A stretch of DNA of 64,000 nt from Lama glama. Lineage: Eukaryota. Shown in pieces: positions 1 through 10,605 of this stretch. The stretch spans positions 88,104,001 to 88,168,000 of the forward strand of contig CM052817.1 in assembly GCA_028534125.1 (NCBI GenBank), written 5' to 3'. Within the stretch, counting starts at the first letter, position 1; each line of letters starts with the position of its first letter. Under the pieces are notes generated by a model, which was given only the letters and a program-made list of their open reading frames with translations, had not been told where the DNA came from and made no database searches. Both the position numbers and the translations under genes were made by a program.

Positions 1-2034
1 GTAAAATCTTCCTTACATGTTTAATATGCTCAATGGAATTTTTCTTTGACACATGTCAAGGACCTTCTAAATGAGTTTCAGTACAGAATGAGAAAAGAGG
101 GTAGTGTCAAGAACCCAGTGGGTCATCTCTAGGGCAATGGGCAGACCAACCTAAATAAAAACTGTGTAGTGGAAGTCACATTAGCACTTGGATTAATAAG
201 GAAAAATCATAGCATTGGGAAAAGACTTAGATGTTTAGAATTTCTTAAAAAAATAATAGAATAATGTTGCAAAGAAATTATCTTTATGACTACATAATTT
301 ATATTCAGATGTTTGTCATATGAAACTTCTGAAAAGATTTTAAAAGATCTGAAAATAACGTAGAAAATAATTCTTTACTAGCCAGTTTCCTCAAAATTAG
401 TGTTTGAGTCTATCATCAATAAAGAATTTTAGAGGCTATTTTCATAAGATGTACAAATGTCTCAAAGATACCAGAATGTAAGCTTATTAGAACAGAGCCA
501 TATCAGTGTTAATCATCACTTTCTGCACATGTTTCCAGTACTGGTGTATAAAAATATTCAAAAACTATTTTTTTGATGTGCATTGATGAAAATCAGTGAG
601 AAGAAGGGTTTTGTGCCAGGCTTAGGGTGCCTCGACAAGATAGCATACAGTCACTTTAGGAGGTTATGATGAGGATGACCTGGACAAATTTGAAGAGAAA
701 TACATCTTTAATATCCTTTATAATTTTGAAGCTATTACTGTGAAATAAAACTCTCATGTCCCAAAGTGCACAAAACATGAAATATGATTTAATAAGTGGT
801 TAAGAGCAAATACCTGTTAGCCACCCCTGAGGTGTACTTATGTATTTTTCTCAACGTTGCCCATAGTTTTTAATATATTCCAATTCACTTTCAGAAACAT
901 GGGTGATTCTTAAGTACCTGTTAAACTGTAAGTTTATATCAAAGGTACCAAAAGATGGATGTACAAAAACGATGGATTGACATTATAAAAGATTTGTCAG
1001 TTAATTGAATACATTTCTGTCAATTAATTTCACAGATTTTTCACTGAAGTCACTCTCTGAAGTGGATTCCTTTTAAGGGAATAAACTTCATTAAGTAGAA
1101 TTTTTGTCAAAGATTACATACTAACAATGTCATTTAAATTCTGCATATACAAAAATTGAAAATGGCTACAAATAAACATTTATTGGAAATCAGTCTCTTA
1201 GTTTCAGATGGCTCAAGAAGTTTATTGGCAGGAAATAATAGGAAACTTGTAAATGTTATCAGAAGAACTGTGGTGAATGCACCGACATTATGGATGGTAT
1301 ACGGCATTTAGATGATATTCCTAGATATCATTCTTAATGATCTCGTTACATATAAAAAAAAAAAAGAGGAGAGAAAGCTGAAGAGATAATGAGTTAAAAT
1401 TCTTTAAAACAGACAAAATAAATTTTATTTTAAGATTCTTGCACAAAAGGCCATGTGCATTGTGCAGCCAAAAGATATCAAAAAATACTGCCAATGCTCT
1501 GTAATACAGGCATTTGTCTACAATTGTGAAACAAACCAAAAAAAAAAAAAGGGAAATTTGTGCTTGTCAGATAAAGGAACTGTTTCTGCTGCATGGTCAG
1601 TAAGATCAGTAAAAACTGAACCAGATTTCTATGCTTTCCTAGAATTGTCCTAGTAATGTCTTTATGGTATATTTAAAACCTCGAGATTCCCTTCTCCTCC
1701 ACCCTCCATAATTATAACTGAAAAAAATCTCTTTGGTAGTTTTTAGAAGATTGTGCTGATGAAAGATCATTTCCCCCAGCTTATATCTTTTCTTCCAGTC
1801 TCATTAATACTTTTAAACGAGGCCCATATTTCAAATAATTAAAGAAGTATCAGTCCTTTCATTTCCCACAGCAACAATAGGGATGGTATTTACAATGATA
1901 TTTACATACCTATTTCCCATGAATCAAATGGAAGATATAACACATACACCAAGAGACTGCAAATGTAATGAGGATGGACCTTGTATGGAGAAACTTCCTT
2001 ATAAACCACGGTGTGGGGACTCCCCTTCTTAGGG

Positions 2035-2112
2035 GAATAGTGAGGTGGAAAGTGCTCTTAGCAACCTGACCCAGAATAGTGAGGTGGAAAGTGCTCTTAG
2101 CAACCTGACGCA
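2035..2112. repeat. Tandem duplication, 39-bp unit x2
   Basis: gaatagtgaggtggaaagtgctcttagcaacctgac(c/g)ca at 2035 and 2074, one mismatch. Confidence 0.95.
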
Positions 2113-2380
2113 GGCATTCTATGCAAGGGTTCCCCATGACTCCTGGGGCTTCTGTGGAAAGCACTGCCTGGGGAAACCAGAAGGAATCAGCAGCTCATAC
2201 CAAAGATGGAAACAATGGAAATTGTTTTCTTGCAGCAGTTCTCAAGGAAAAATGCTTACTTGTTCCCTATGGCTCCTTTGACCACATTTACAGTCTCTGA
2301 ATCATTGCTAATAGTTCATAATAATTCCCAAATCCAGCAATCATACTGAATGCTCCCTGACTTTAGTCTGATGTATTTCA

Positions 2381-2388
2381 TGACGTCA
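2381..2388. promoter_or_regulatory. Full palindromic CRE (CREB/ATF) motif
   Basis: TGACGTCA seen directly; function unproven. Confidence 0.25.
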
Positions 2389-4479
2389 ACTCGAGAGTTT
2401 CTACAAATATTAATGAGACTAGGGGGACCTCTGAAAGCATGTGAAATGATTGTTTATATGTTATATAAAGGATCACCTGCACACTATGCATAGTTTAAGG
2501 AAACATATTATATAAGAGGCACAGTGTTGTTATGTCCCACATATTTCGTTTTTGCCTGTATGAAAGGTGTTTCTCGCTGGAAAATCCGTTACCCTGCAAT
2601 GCATAACTGTGAAGGCGAAGGAGCACTGAGATACATTTATTCCTATACCACTCAAGTGGAACCATCATAAGAAAGCTAGAGGACCTAACCTCACATGCAG
2701 TATAAATGATAAATGTACCATAATGCTTCCTTCTTGTGTTTTTGGCGTCCCGTAGCTTTGATATATATATTGGGTTATAGGACTCGTTATCTTAAGATCG
2801 CTGACAAGATGTCTGGTGTGGTACTTTCATATTTTATGACTTATTGAACTATGATTTTAAATTTGTTCAGCACATCAACATGTTAAGTGAGGAGGCCAGA
2901 ATTATTTTTCGTTACATTTCACTGAGCGGTGCATCATTTCAGAACGGCTTCATGTACAGAGGCATGAAAAGAATTCTGGCTTTAAATCTGCACTCATCAG
3001 ACCTGAAAACAAAACAATTAAAATTAAGTTATTCCCCCGGTGCCTTAAAACTAAAGAGATGATTAAAAATAGCTGTTTGTGAGGCAAGCGAATGTAGGGA
3101 GATCTGTTTACTGCACTGAGAGAACCTCACAGGAATTCTTGCATGCAGTGTGCCTGAAGTGATGGGTTTGAGGGACTCATTTTCATTCTCTTCAGTTTAG
3201 ATTAGCAAACAAAAACTGTTACAAAAAGAGGTTAAACAAATATAGGTACTCAGGTGTATTCAGGGTTTAGCACAGAGCTCAAAACACTTAGTTAATTTTT
3301 TACTATTCATCTTGAATGTTTCTGTGACTTACTTAATATACAGTCCATAAAAACAGTGACTGTTAATGCTGACAGTAGACAACCCACACTAATTCTACTA
3401 TTTGACCTACACTTACACATATGCAGACCTTCATGTGTATAGATGTTAACCTGTAAAACTGCTTTTGACTCAGGATCCAAAATACGGTATCTGTATCCTG
3501 GAGGATATCATTCCTTTGGAAGAAAATATAAGAACTTCCAATGTTATATTATTTTCAATCCAGAAAATATACAAATTAGCTATGGAGTCTTTACTCAGTG
3601 TATATATATTAGAATTTTATTACTTAGGGTTACTTGAATTAATCACTATAAGACTTTCTCCAAAGGTCTTAATAGGGCTCTGGAAAATAAATACACATCA
3701 AATATAACAAAATACTGCAAATACAAACAAGTGCACAATAAAGAAAAGAGCAGAACTGAGTCTTCTACTCCTAAGGTTCTGATCTAAAATCTTATCATAT
3801 AAGTCATAGTAAGAAGGGCAACTGACGATCAGTGAATCATATCTGGTAAGATATGAGAGACATATTTTTAAAACCAAAATTTCCGTTAACTGTTACTTTG
3901 AAGCAGAGAAGTAGAATCAAAGAGGCCTGTGGTGTGGTGTGGGGCCAGAAAGCCTCCGCTGTTGAAGGGAATTATATTTATATTTATAAATTTTGTTTCA
4001 TACTACTACTCTTTTTGTTAGCTCTCTTCAGATGTTACAAAAGAATTAATGAATTCTGTCCTTTGTGTGACTTAGTAATCCCATTAGAAAACAGGCATCC
4101 ATTACTTTTCTTGAGAAATGACAGAAATTCTAAAATAATTTTATGGACAATATTTCTCCATCAGCTTCCTTCCTTCTAGCTCAGTTTTTGTGTCGTCTTG
4201 CAACTCCATGCTCCCTACATTTAAAAAATGAAGCTATTACTTGAATTCAAGATAGACGAAATGGACAACCTTTCTTGGCTTAGAAAGAAAAGAGGAAAGG
4301 GCGTTCCTTCTTTTTAAGCTGTGATAACCGTTTCTACTACTGTGGTTTAATCAGTTGCACAGCAGCTAACAGTGAAATGCGAATACTAATGAGAAGTGAG
4401 ACGACAAGTCCCACAGCATATTTATACTGTATTCCCTAGGCCTTTAATTTAGCTACTGGGAACTTATTTCATTTCCAGT

Positions 4480-4498
4480 GGGCGCCCCCTACTGGCCA
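4480..4498 (-). promoter_or_regulatory. Candidate CTCF binding site
   Basis: Minus strand reads TGGCCAGTAGGGGGCGCCC, close to the CTCF core consensus TGGCCACCAGGGGGCGCTA; CpG retained in AT-rich unique DNA. Confidence 0.65.
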
Positions 4499-4809
4499 TC
4501 CACAAATATTATGTAACTCCATTACTGGTAATGCATGCCTTTATATTATTTAGAATATCTACTGTATTCAAATCCTACCTGCTTTAGGACTGGTTGTTCT
4601 AAAGATGTCTATCCAAAACTTGGAGTAATATCTGTTGGTCAAGTAGAGATCAGACTGGCAGAGATGGAATTAGTTTGGAGCATTGGACATAGAGTCAGAA
4701 TTATTCTGTTTAATTATTCTTATAACGCTTTTTTAAAAAAAGTTTAGTATGGAATTTGTGATTGTATTTGGTTTTTTTTTCCACAATTAGTTTTATAATT
4801 CTCATATGA

Positions 4810-5045
4810 TGTCTACTCTGATCACACTATTTAAAATGTCTTATCATTTCCTTATCCTATCCTTTTCTTTTTCATAATGGGTACCACCATCAAAAGTTCG
4901 GGATTATATAATGTAATAAGTGATGATGTACCTGCATTTCTCAGCTTGAGTGCAAGCTCTGAGAGGCCATGGATCTTTGTTCTGTCACTGATTTGAGCCA
5001 AGAGCCTAGCACTCACATGAGGTACTCAGTAAATACATTTAGAAC
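4810..5045 (+). mobile_element. L2 LINE 3' end fragment
   Basis: gagtgcaagctctgagaggcc...gagcctagcac...gtactcagtaaatacattt resembles the L2a/b terminus. Confidence 0.6.
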
Positions 5046-5158
5046 ACATCTGAGTTTGCTTGCATTAGTTTTCCTAGATAAAAGCGCTTATGTGGAGCTT
5101 ATCATGCATCTGTCATGACTCTACACCTTTCAAAATACCAGTTTGTGCTGTACAAAGC

Positions 5159-5455
5159 ATCCTTTAACTTTTGGCATTTTAATCATGATATGTCTAGGTG
5201 TGGGTCTGTTTAGGTTTATCTTCTTTGGGACCCTGTGTGTTTTCTGTACCTGAATATCTCTTTCCTTCTTTAGGTTTGGGAACTTTTCAGCCATAATTTC
5301 ATCAAATACATTTTCAGCTCCTTCCTCTTTCTCTTCTGGACTCCTATAATGTGTATGTCGGTATGCTTTCTGTTGTCTCAAAAATCCCTTAAACTATTCT
5401 CCTTTTTAAAATTTGTTTTTCTTTTTGCAGTTCTGATTGGGTGACTTCCATTATA
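5159..5455 (-). mobile_element. L1 ORF1 fragment
   Basis: ORF 5130..5381 gives ENVFDEIMAEKFPNLKKERDIQVQ...PTPRHIMIKMPKVK, typical L1 ORF1p. Confidence 0.9.
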
Positions 5456-5568
5456 GCCAATATTTCGTAACTTTAAATGAAGTATAATCTATAAAAATAT
5501 TGAATAACAATGTTGTATGCCTGAAACTAATATAACACTGTAAATCAACTATACCTCAATTAAAAAAT
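5456..5568 (+). mobile_element. L1 extreme 3' end
   Basis: tgttgtatgcctgaaactaatataacactgtaaatcaactatacctcaattaaaaaa is an L1 3' terminus with A tail. Confidence 0.8.
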
Positions 5569-5659
5569 CAATTTATGTGATTAAAAATTTTAAATATTGG
5601 AGGTAAATACAACTATTATTCACATTTTAGAAATAGAGAAACCAAGGTATAGAGAGAAC

Positions 5660-5862
5660 TTTGTGCTGCTAAGTGTTGTAGAACAAATATGTTGAAAAAA
5701 AAAAAAAGCCTTGTTTGTAGTGTTTGCCTATTTGCATGATGCAAACATTCCTACCACGGCTGATTTTGAGCTACAAATGTGACATCAACTGGCTCACAAA
5801 ATTTCAAATATTTTATAATCAACTCACACACCCTGATATTAGTTGGTGCCAGCACTCCACCA
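5660..5862 (-). mobile_element. MER63A-like hAT-Blackjack DNA transposon inserted in a MIR (MIR pieces ~5610-5658 and ~5865-5935)
   Basis: Degenerate termini tgtgctgctaag... and ...ccagcactccac; internal gtttgtagtgtttgcc...cacggctgattttgagctac; flanks read as a split MIR. Confidence 0.65.
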
Positions 5863-7474
5863 TAAAAAGTTACATATAAATGATCTAGGATTGCCTAGTT
5901 AGAAGTGGTAGGTTAAGGTTGTAAAGTCAGGCAAACTGTCCATGCATAATGGATCCAGTGTCTGGTGAATATTTTGAGTAGTATTCTCAAACTGCAGCAA
6001 TTAACAAAATACATATTTAATTATTTTTCATGGATATTTCTCTCTAACATACTCACTTCTCCTTTGCAGCCAGTTGTCATCCTTGATTATTACAGTTACT
6101 AAAGTAGTATTCTCATTTTAACAATTATTCTTTTGTTGGATTGCATTCGTCTATAACTTACAACAATGTTTGGTTAGCAAAGTCATTGTTACACTTTTTT
6201 TTTTCTTTGAAAAGTACTGCTCTACTTAGCACTAATATTTTAGTGTTGGGAGAACTATCTATCTTGAAGGATGTATTAGATTCATCCATTTCAAATCCCT
6301 TAGTACATATTGCAGCAGAATAAAGTAGGCATTTGAAAATTTGAATCAAAATATAAATAGTAGATAGTCAAACTGAATCTCAAGGGTGAGAAGATGGAGG
6401 ACATTTGAATCATATTACCAGATGTTCAGCCTCTACTGTGAATTCAAAAACAAAAAAAAAAAGACGGTTAATTGGAAAAATTGAGGTCACGATACATTTT
6501 AAAAATACAATTCAGAACTCCATCTCATAAGCAGATGCAACTCTGAAATTTAAAAGTGTATTAAACCTAAAACACTGTAAGAAAAAAAATAGAACTAGCT
6601 TGATTTTTTTCAACTTACAGAAGAATTTCACCTATATGAAACTGACTTTTTATTCTCTTTTATTTAACATGGCAGATTTCCATTATTTAGTATTTTAGCT
6701 ATAGCCACAATAACCAATCCAGGTATCAAAAATCCAATCATGCCATTTTTAGTATGCTGTGGTCCCTACAATCCAATGCATTAATGGTTAGACAGGGAGA
6801 GGGTTCACTATTAAATCCTTCTTTTTGCATCAGTTTCAGGTAGTTTTATTTCCAAAATTGTTGAAGCAAAGGCATTAATTATACATTTCCATTATGACAG
6901 AGCCCGTATCAGCAGTCACTAAGGCATAATTTCTTTAGAAAGCAATGCAACCTGTTCTCTGATCAGGTTTTGTTTCCCACAGGGAGGTATCAGTCTTAAA
7001 TTACATAGCAAGCAGGCAACAGAAAGGAAGCAAACAGTAAGCACTTCCCATGGGAGGCAGAATGAGGACTTAACTTGAGGTGTTCTATTAAATAAATAAA
7101 ATTCTGTATTTCCGTAGGTTATTTCCATTCACACACACACACACGTACACATAATACAGAGAGAATATGTTCAAGATATTTGTTAATTTGATTTTATTCC
7201 TATTTACTATTTTACTTTAGATACTACATTTTTATTTGTCATTTCAGGATCATTAAAGTTTCTTTTTATTTCTTCTGAAAAACAAAAGATGGAGTAAGGT
7301 GATTATTACATCACAGGGGCTTTTTTCTCTCTTAAGACAAACAGTTGTTTAATAAAAGTAAGAGAAGCAACATACTATCTTACCCCAATATTCTGTATTT
7401 CCCTTTATTAATTAATAATTTAGTGTAATAAAAAATAGCTATTAATTCATCAGACTAGTGGAGAGGCCAGTACT

Positions 7475-8710
7475 TGATAAACTCCCAGAAATAATGTAGG
7501 AGAAAATCTAGATGACCTTGGGTATGTTGATGACTTTTTAGATATAACACCAAAGGCATGAGTCATGAAAGAAATAATTAATTAGTTGGACTTCATTAAA
7601 ATTAAAAACTTCTGCTCTACAAAAGACACTGCCAAGAGAATGAAAAAATAGGCCACAAACTAGGAGAAAGTGTTTGCAAAAGAGATCCAAAATATGTAAA
7701 GAACACTTAATATAAATTTATGAAACAAAGTATATCCATAAAAACTCTCAACAAGAAAGTGAACAACCTGGTCAAAAATGGACAAAAGACTTAAACAGAT
7801 ACCTCATCGAAGGAGCTATATAGACAGAAAAGAAGAACATGAAAAGATGTTCCACATCGTATGTCATGAGGGAAGTGCAAATTAAAATTATAAAATACCA
7901 CTACACACCTATTAAAATGACCAAGTGACAACATCAAATGTTGATGAGGATATGAAACAACAGAAATTATCATTACCGTGTTATCCAGCAATCAAGCTTC
8001 TTGTCATTTACCCAAATGAGTGGAAATCTTAGGCCTATTGAAACAACTTGCACATAGATATTTATAGCAGCTTTATTCATAATTGTCAAAACTTGGAAGC
8101 AGCAAAGATGTCCTTCAGCAGAGGAATGGATAAATAATTGTGGTAGATCCAGACAACAGAATATTATCTAGCACTGAAAAGAAATGAGCTATCAAGCCCT
8201 AGAAAGACGTGGAGGACCTTAAATGTACATTACTAAATGAAAGAAGCCAATCAGAAATGGCTACATGCTGTGTGATGCCAACTCTATGACATTCTGGAAA
8301 AGGTAAAACCATGGAGACAATAAAAAGATAGTGGTTTCCAGATGATAAGCGAAAAGCAGGGATGAATAGACAGAACACAGAGGATTTTTAGGAGAGTGAT
8401 TCTCTTCTGTTTAACTCTATAAAGGTGGATACGTCATTATGCATTTGTCCAAACCCATAGAGTATGCAACAGCAAGCGTGAACCCTAATGTAAACGATAG
8501 ACTTTGAGTGTTTATGATGTGTCAACGTAGACTCATCAGTTGTAACAAATGTACCACTCTGGTGAGAGATGTTAAGAATCAGAGAGGCGTATGTGGCTGT
8601 GTGTGTTGGTGTGTGCACACATGCACAGGAGGTACACAGGAACTCTGTGTACTTTATGCTCAATTTTGCTGTGAACCTAAAACTACTGTAAAAAATAATC
8701 TATTTAATTG
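7475..8710 (+). mobile_element. L1MC-like LINE, ORF2 C-terminal region plus 3' UTR
   Basis: ggagaaaatctagatgaccttggg...cttcattaaaattaaaaacttctgctct...gtgaaccctaatgtaaac...tgtaacaaatgtaccactctgg...tgtgaacctaaaactact. Confidence 0.9.
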
Positions 8711-9471
8711 GGGAGGGGGTAGGGTGCAGGGTAGTGTTTTCCCTAATAAGCTATCACAAAACTGCCACAATTACCAAGAACACAGCTACCTGAAAACACT
8801 ATCTGCAGCAGCAGCAAGATGAAAGCAGAAAAGGCATCTTAACGCAATAAACTCTTCACCTCTTCACCCATACAACTTAATTGATACGGATACTTTACCT
8901 ATATAAAAAATATTAAGCCCCCCAACCTAGTCTATTTACTGAAATATTCAGAAAATCACTTGAAGATGTAGACTTCTGGTCTCTAAGACAAACAAGATGT
9001 TAAAGCACTACAAACTTTTCCTGAAACAAGAAAAGGGAGTCTTAGGTTTATCTGCTGTGGAATTCTGATGTTTCCCTCCTGTAGGATTCTCCTGTGTGAC
9101 CTCTGTAAACATGGCACTTTCAGCAGTAAAGCCTTTCTTGATGGTGACTGCAGGTCAGGGAAGTTGAGTAAATAATTCACTGGGAGCCTCAACCTTTCAT
9201 TCTATTCATCAACAAATGGTCGGAGAAGATATAAAGCTATAAAATATGAACATAAGGATTCAAGTGGCAGGACATTTTAAGAGAGCATTTCAACGCTGAT
9301 TTGTGTGCTAAACCATGAGTCTCACTATAAACTTACTTCCCATTTGGCGCTGTCTTAACCAACAGACAAGGATAAATAGCAGATCTCTACTGCAAGGATA
9401 ACATTATTTTAAAAAATCAGGAAAAGGAGCACTCCCCGTCCATGAGAACACTGTACCATTGTTCTGTACCA

Positions 9472-9715
9472 TCAAGACCTGGTTGCTAAGTTATACTGCG
9501 GAGCAAACCAAACATCCAAAATATCAGTGGCTTCAAACCAAAAGAGATTATTTTTACCCACATGTCCTTTCCAAGTGCAAAGCTATTGGCAGGAAGGACT
9601 CTGATGATCCTAGTTATTCAAGTATTCAGATTAGAGGATCTATAATGATGCATGGTTCCACATCTCTTCAGTAGAAAAAGGGAAACTGAATAAGGTTTGC
9701 TCTCACTTACCATTT
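9472..9715 (-). mobile_element. Old MaLR LTR fragment (MLT1J/K-like)
   Basis: taagttatactgcggagcaaaccaaacatccaaaatatcagtggcttcaaacc resembles the MLT1 end. Confidence 0.5.
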
Positions 9716-10404
9716 CTGTTCAGTGGTGAACGGAGGACTCTACCACTTTCTGCTCTTGAGTCTAGAAGTCTTATTCTTCAGGAAGACTGAATCCCAACTG
9801 TTCTGAAAATGACATTTCGGTTTGATGTAGAGTGTAGTTAATGGATCCTTGATCCAAATAATTGGGTTTTTGTTTGTTTGCCTGCTTCCTTTTTTTCAAC
9901 AATCCCTTTTGTGTGTCTGCATATATTGCAATGAGAAGAAGTTCTCAATGAGAACTTCTTTATGACATATGACTTATTAACCATATATGTGAATCTTCAG
10001 GGACCACCTTTCCCAACCTTTTCAGGTTCTTTAGGATCTAACATTCTAATGTGAGAAGTTGTCATTAAATCATTCAGTGTTCCTACAAGCAGCTACTTTC
10101 TTTATATGCTTTAGAGAGACAAATCTTACCAGATTTTAATTGAAGATACAAATATGAACTTGCATTTAATTAGTAGATGCATAAAATAGCTTATCTACTT
10201 AGTAGATCTATAGCAAATATCTGCTATACATTAAATCTGCTAATAGTTCCACTTTTTAATCATAATATATCTTCTTGGAAATTTTGACACATTTTTATTG
10301 AAGACTAATGCTGCTGGATTGCTAAAAATATTGAGAATGAAACCAAATCTTGCCAGGTCCAGCCTAGAATTGATTACTGAAGTGCTCACATTCAAGTACA
10401 TTGG

Positions 10405-10605
10405 AAATGGATACAGATGCATTTGTATCCAGTTCCACTGATCACTGCTTGTGTGAAATTAATGAATCTCCTTAGACCCTCTCAGCTCAGTTTCGCCTTT
10501 ATAGATATAATAGTATTTACATCTCAGAGCTATTTTGAAGCTTAAAGTAAGAATGTTTCCATGACAGTTCTCAGAAGAAAGTAGGCACTAAGTAAATATT
10601 ATCAA
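10405..10605 (+). mobile_element. MIR SINE
   Basis: ccagttccactgatcactgcttgtgtga...ctcagtttcgcctttatag...gtaggcactaagtaaatatt core and tail. Confidence 0.6.
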
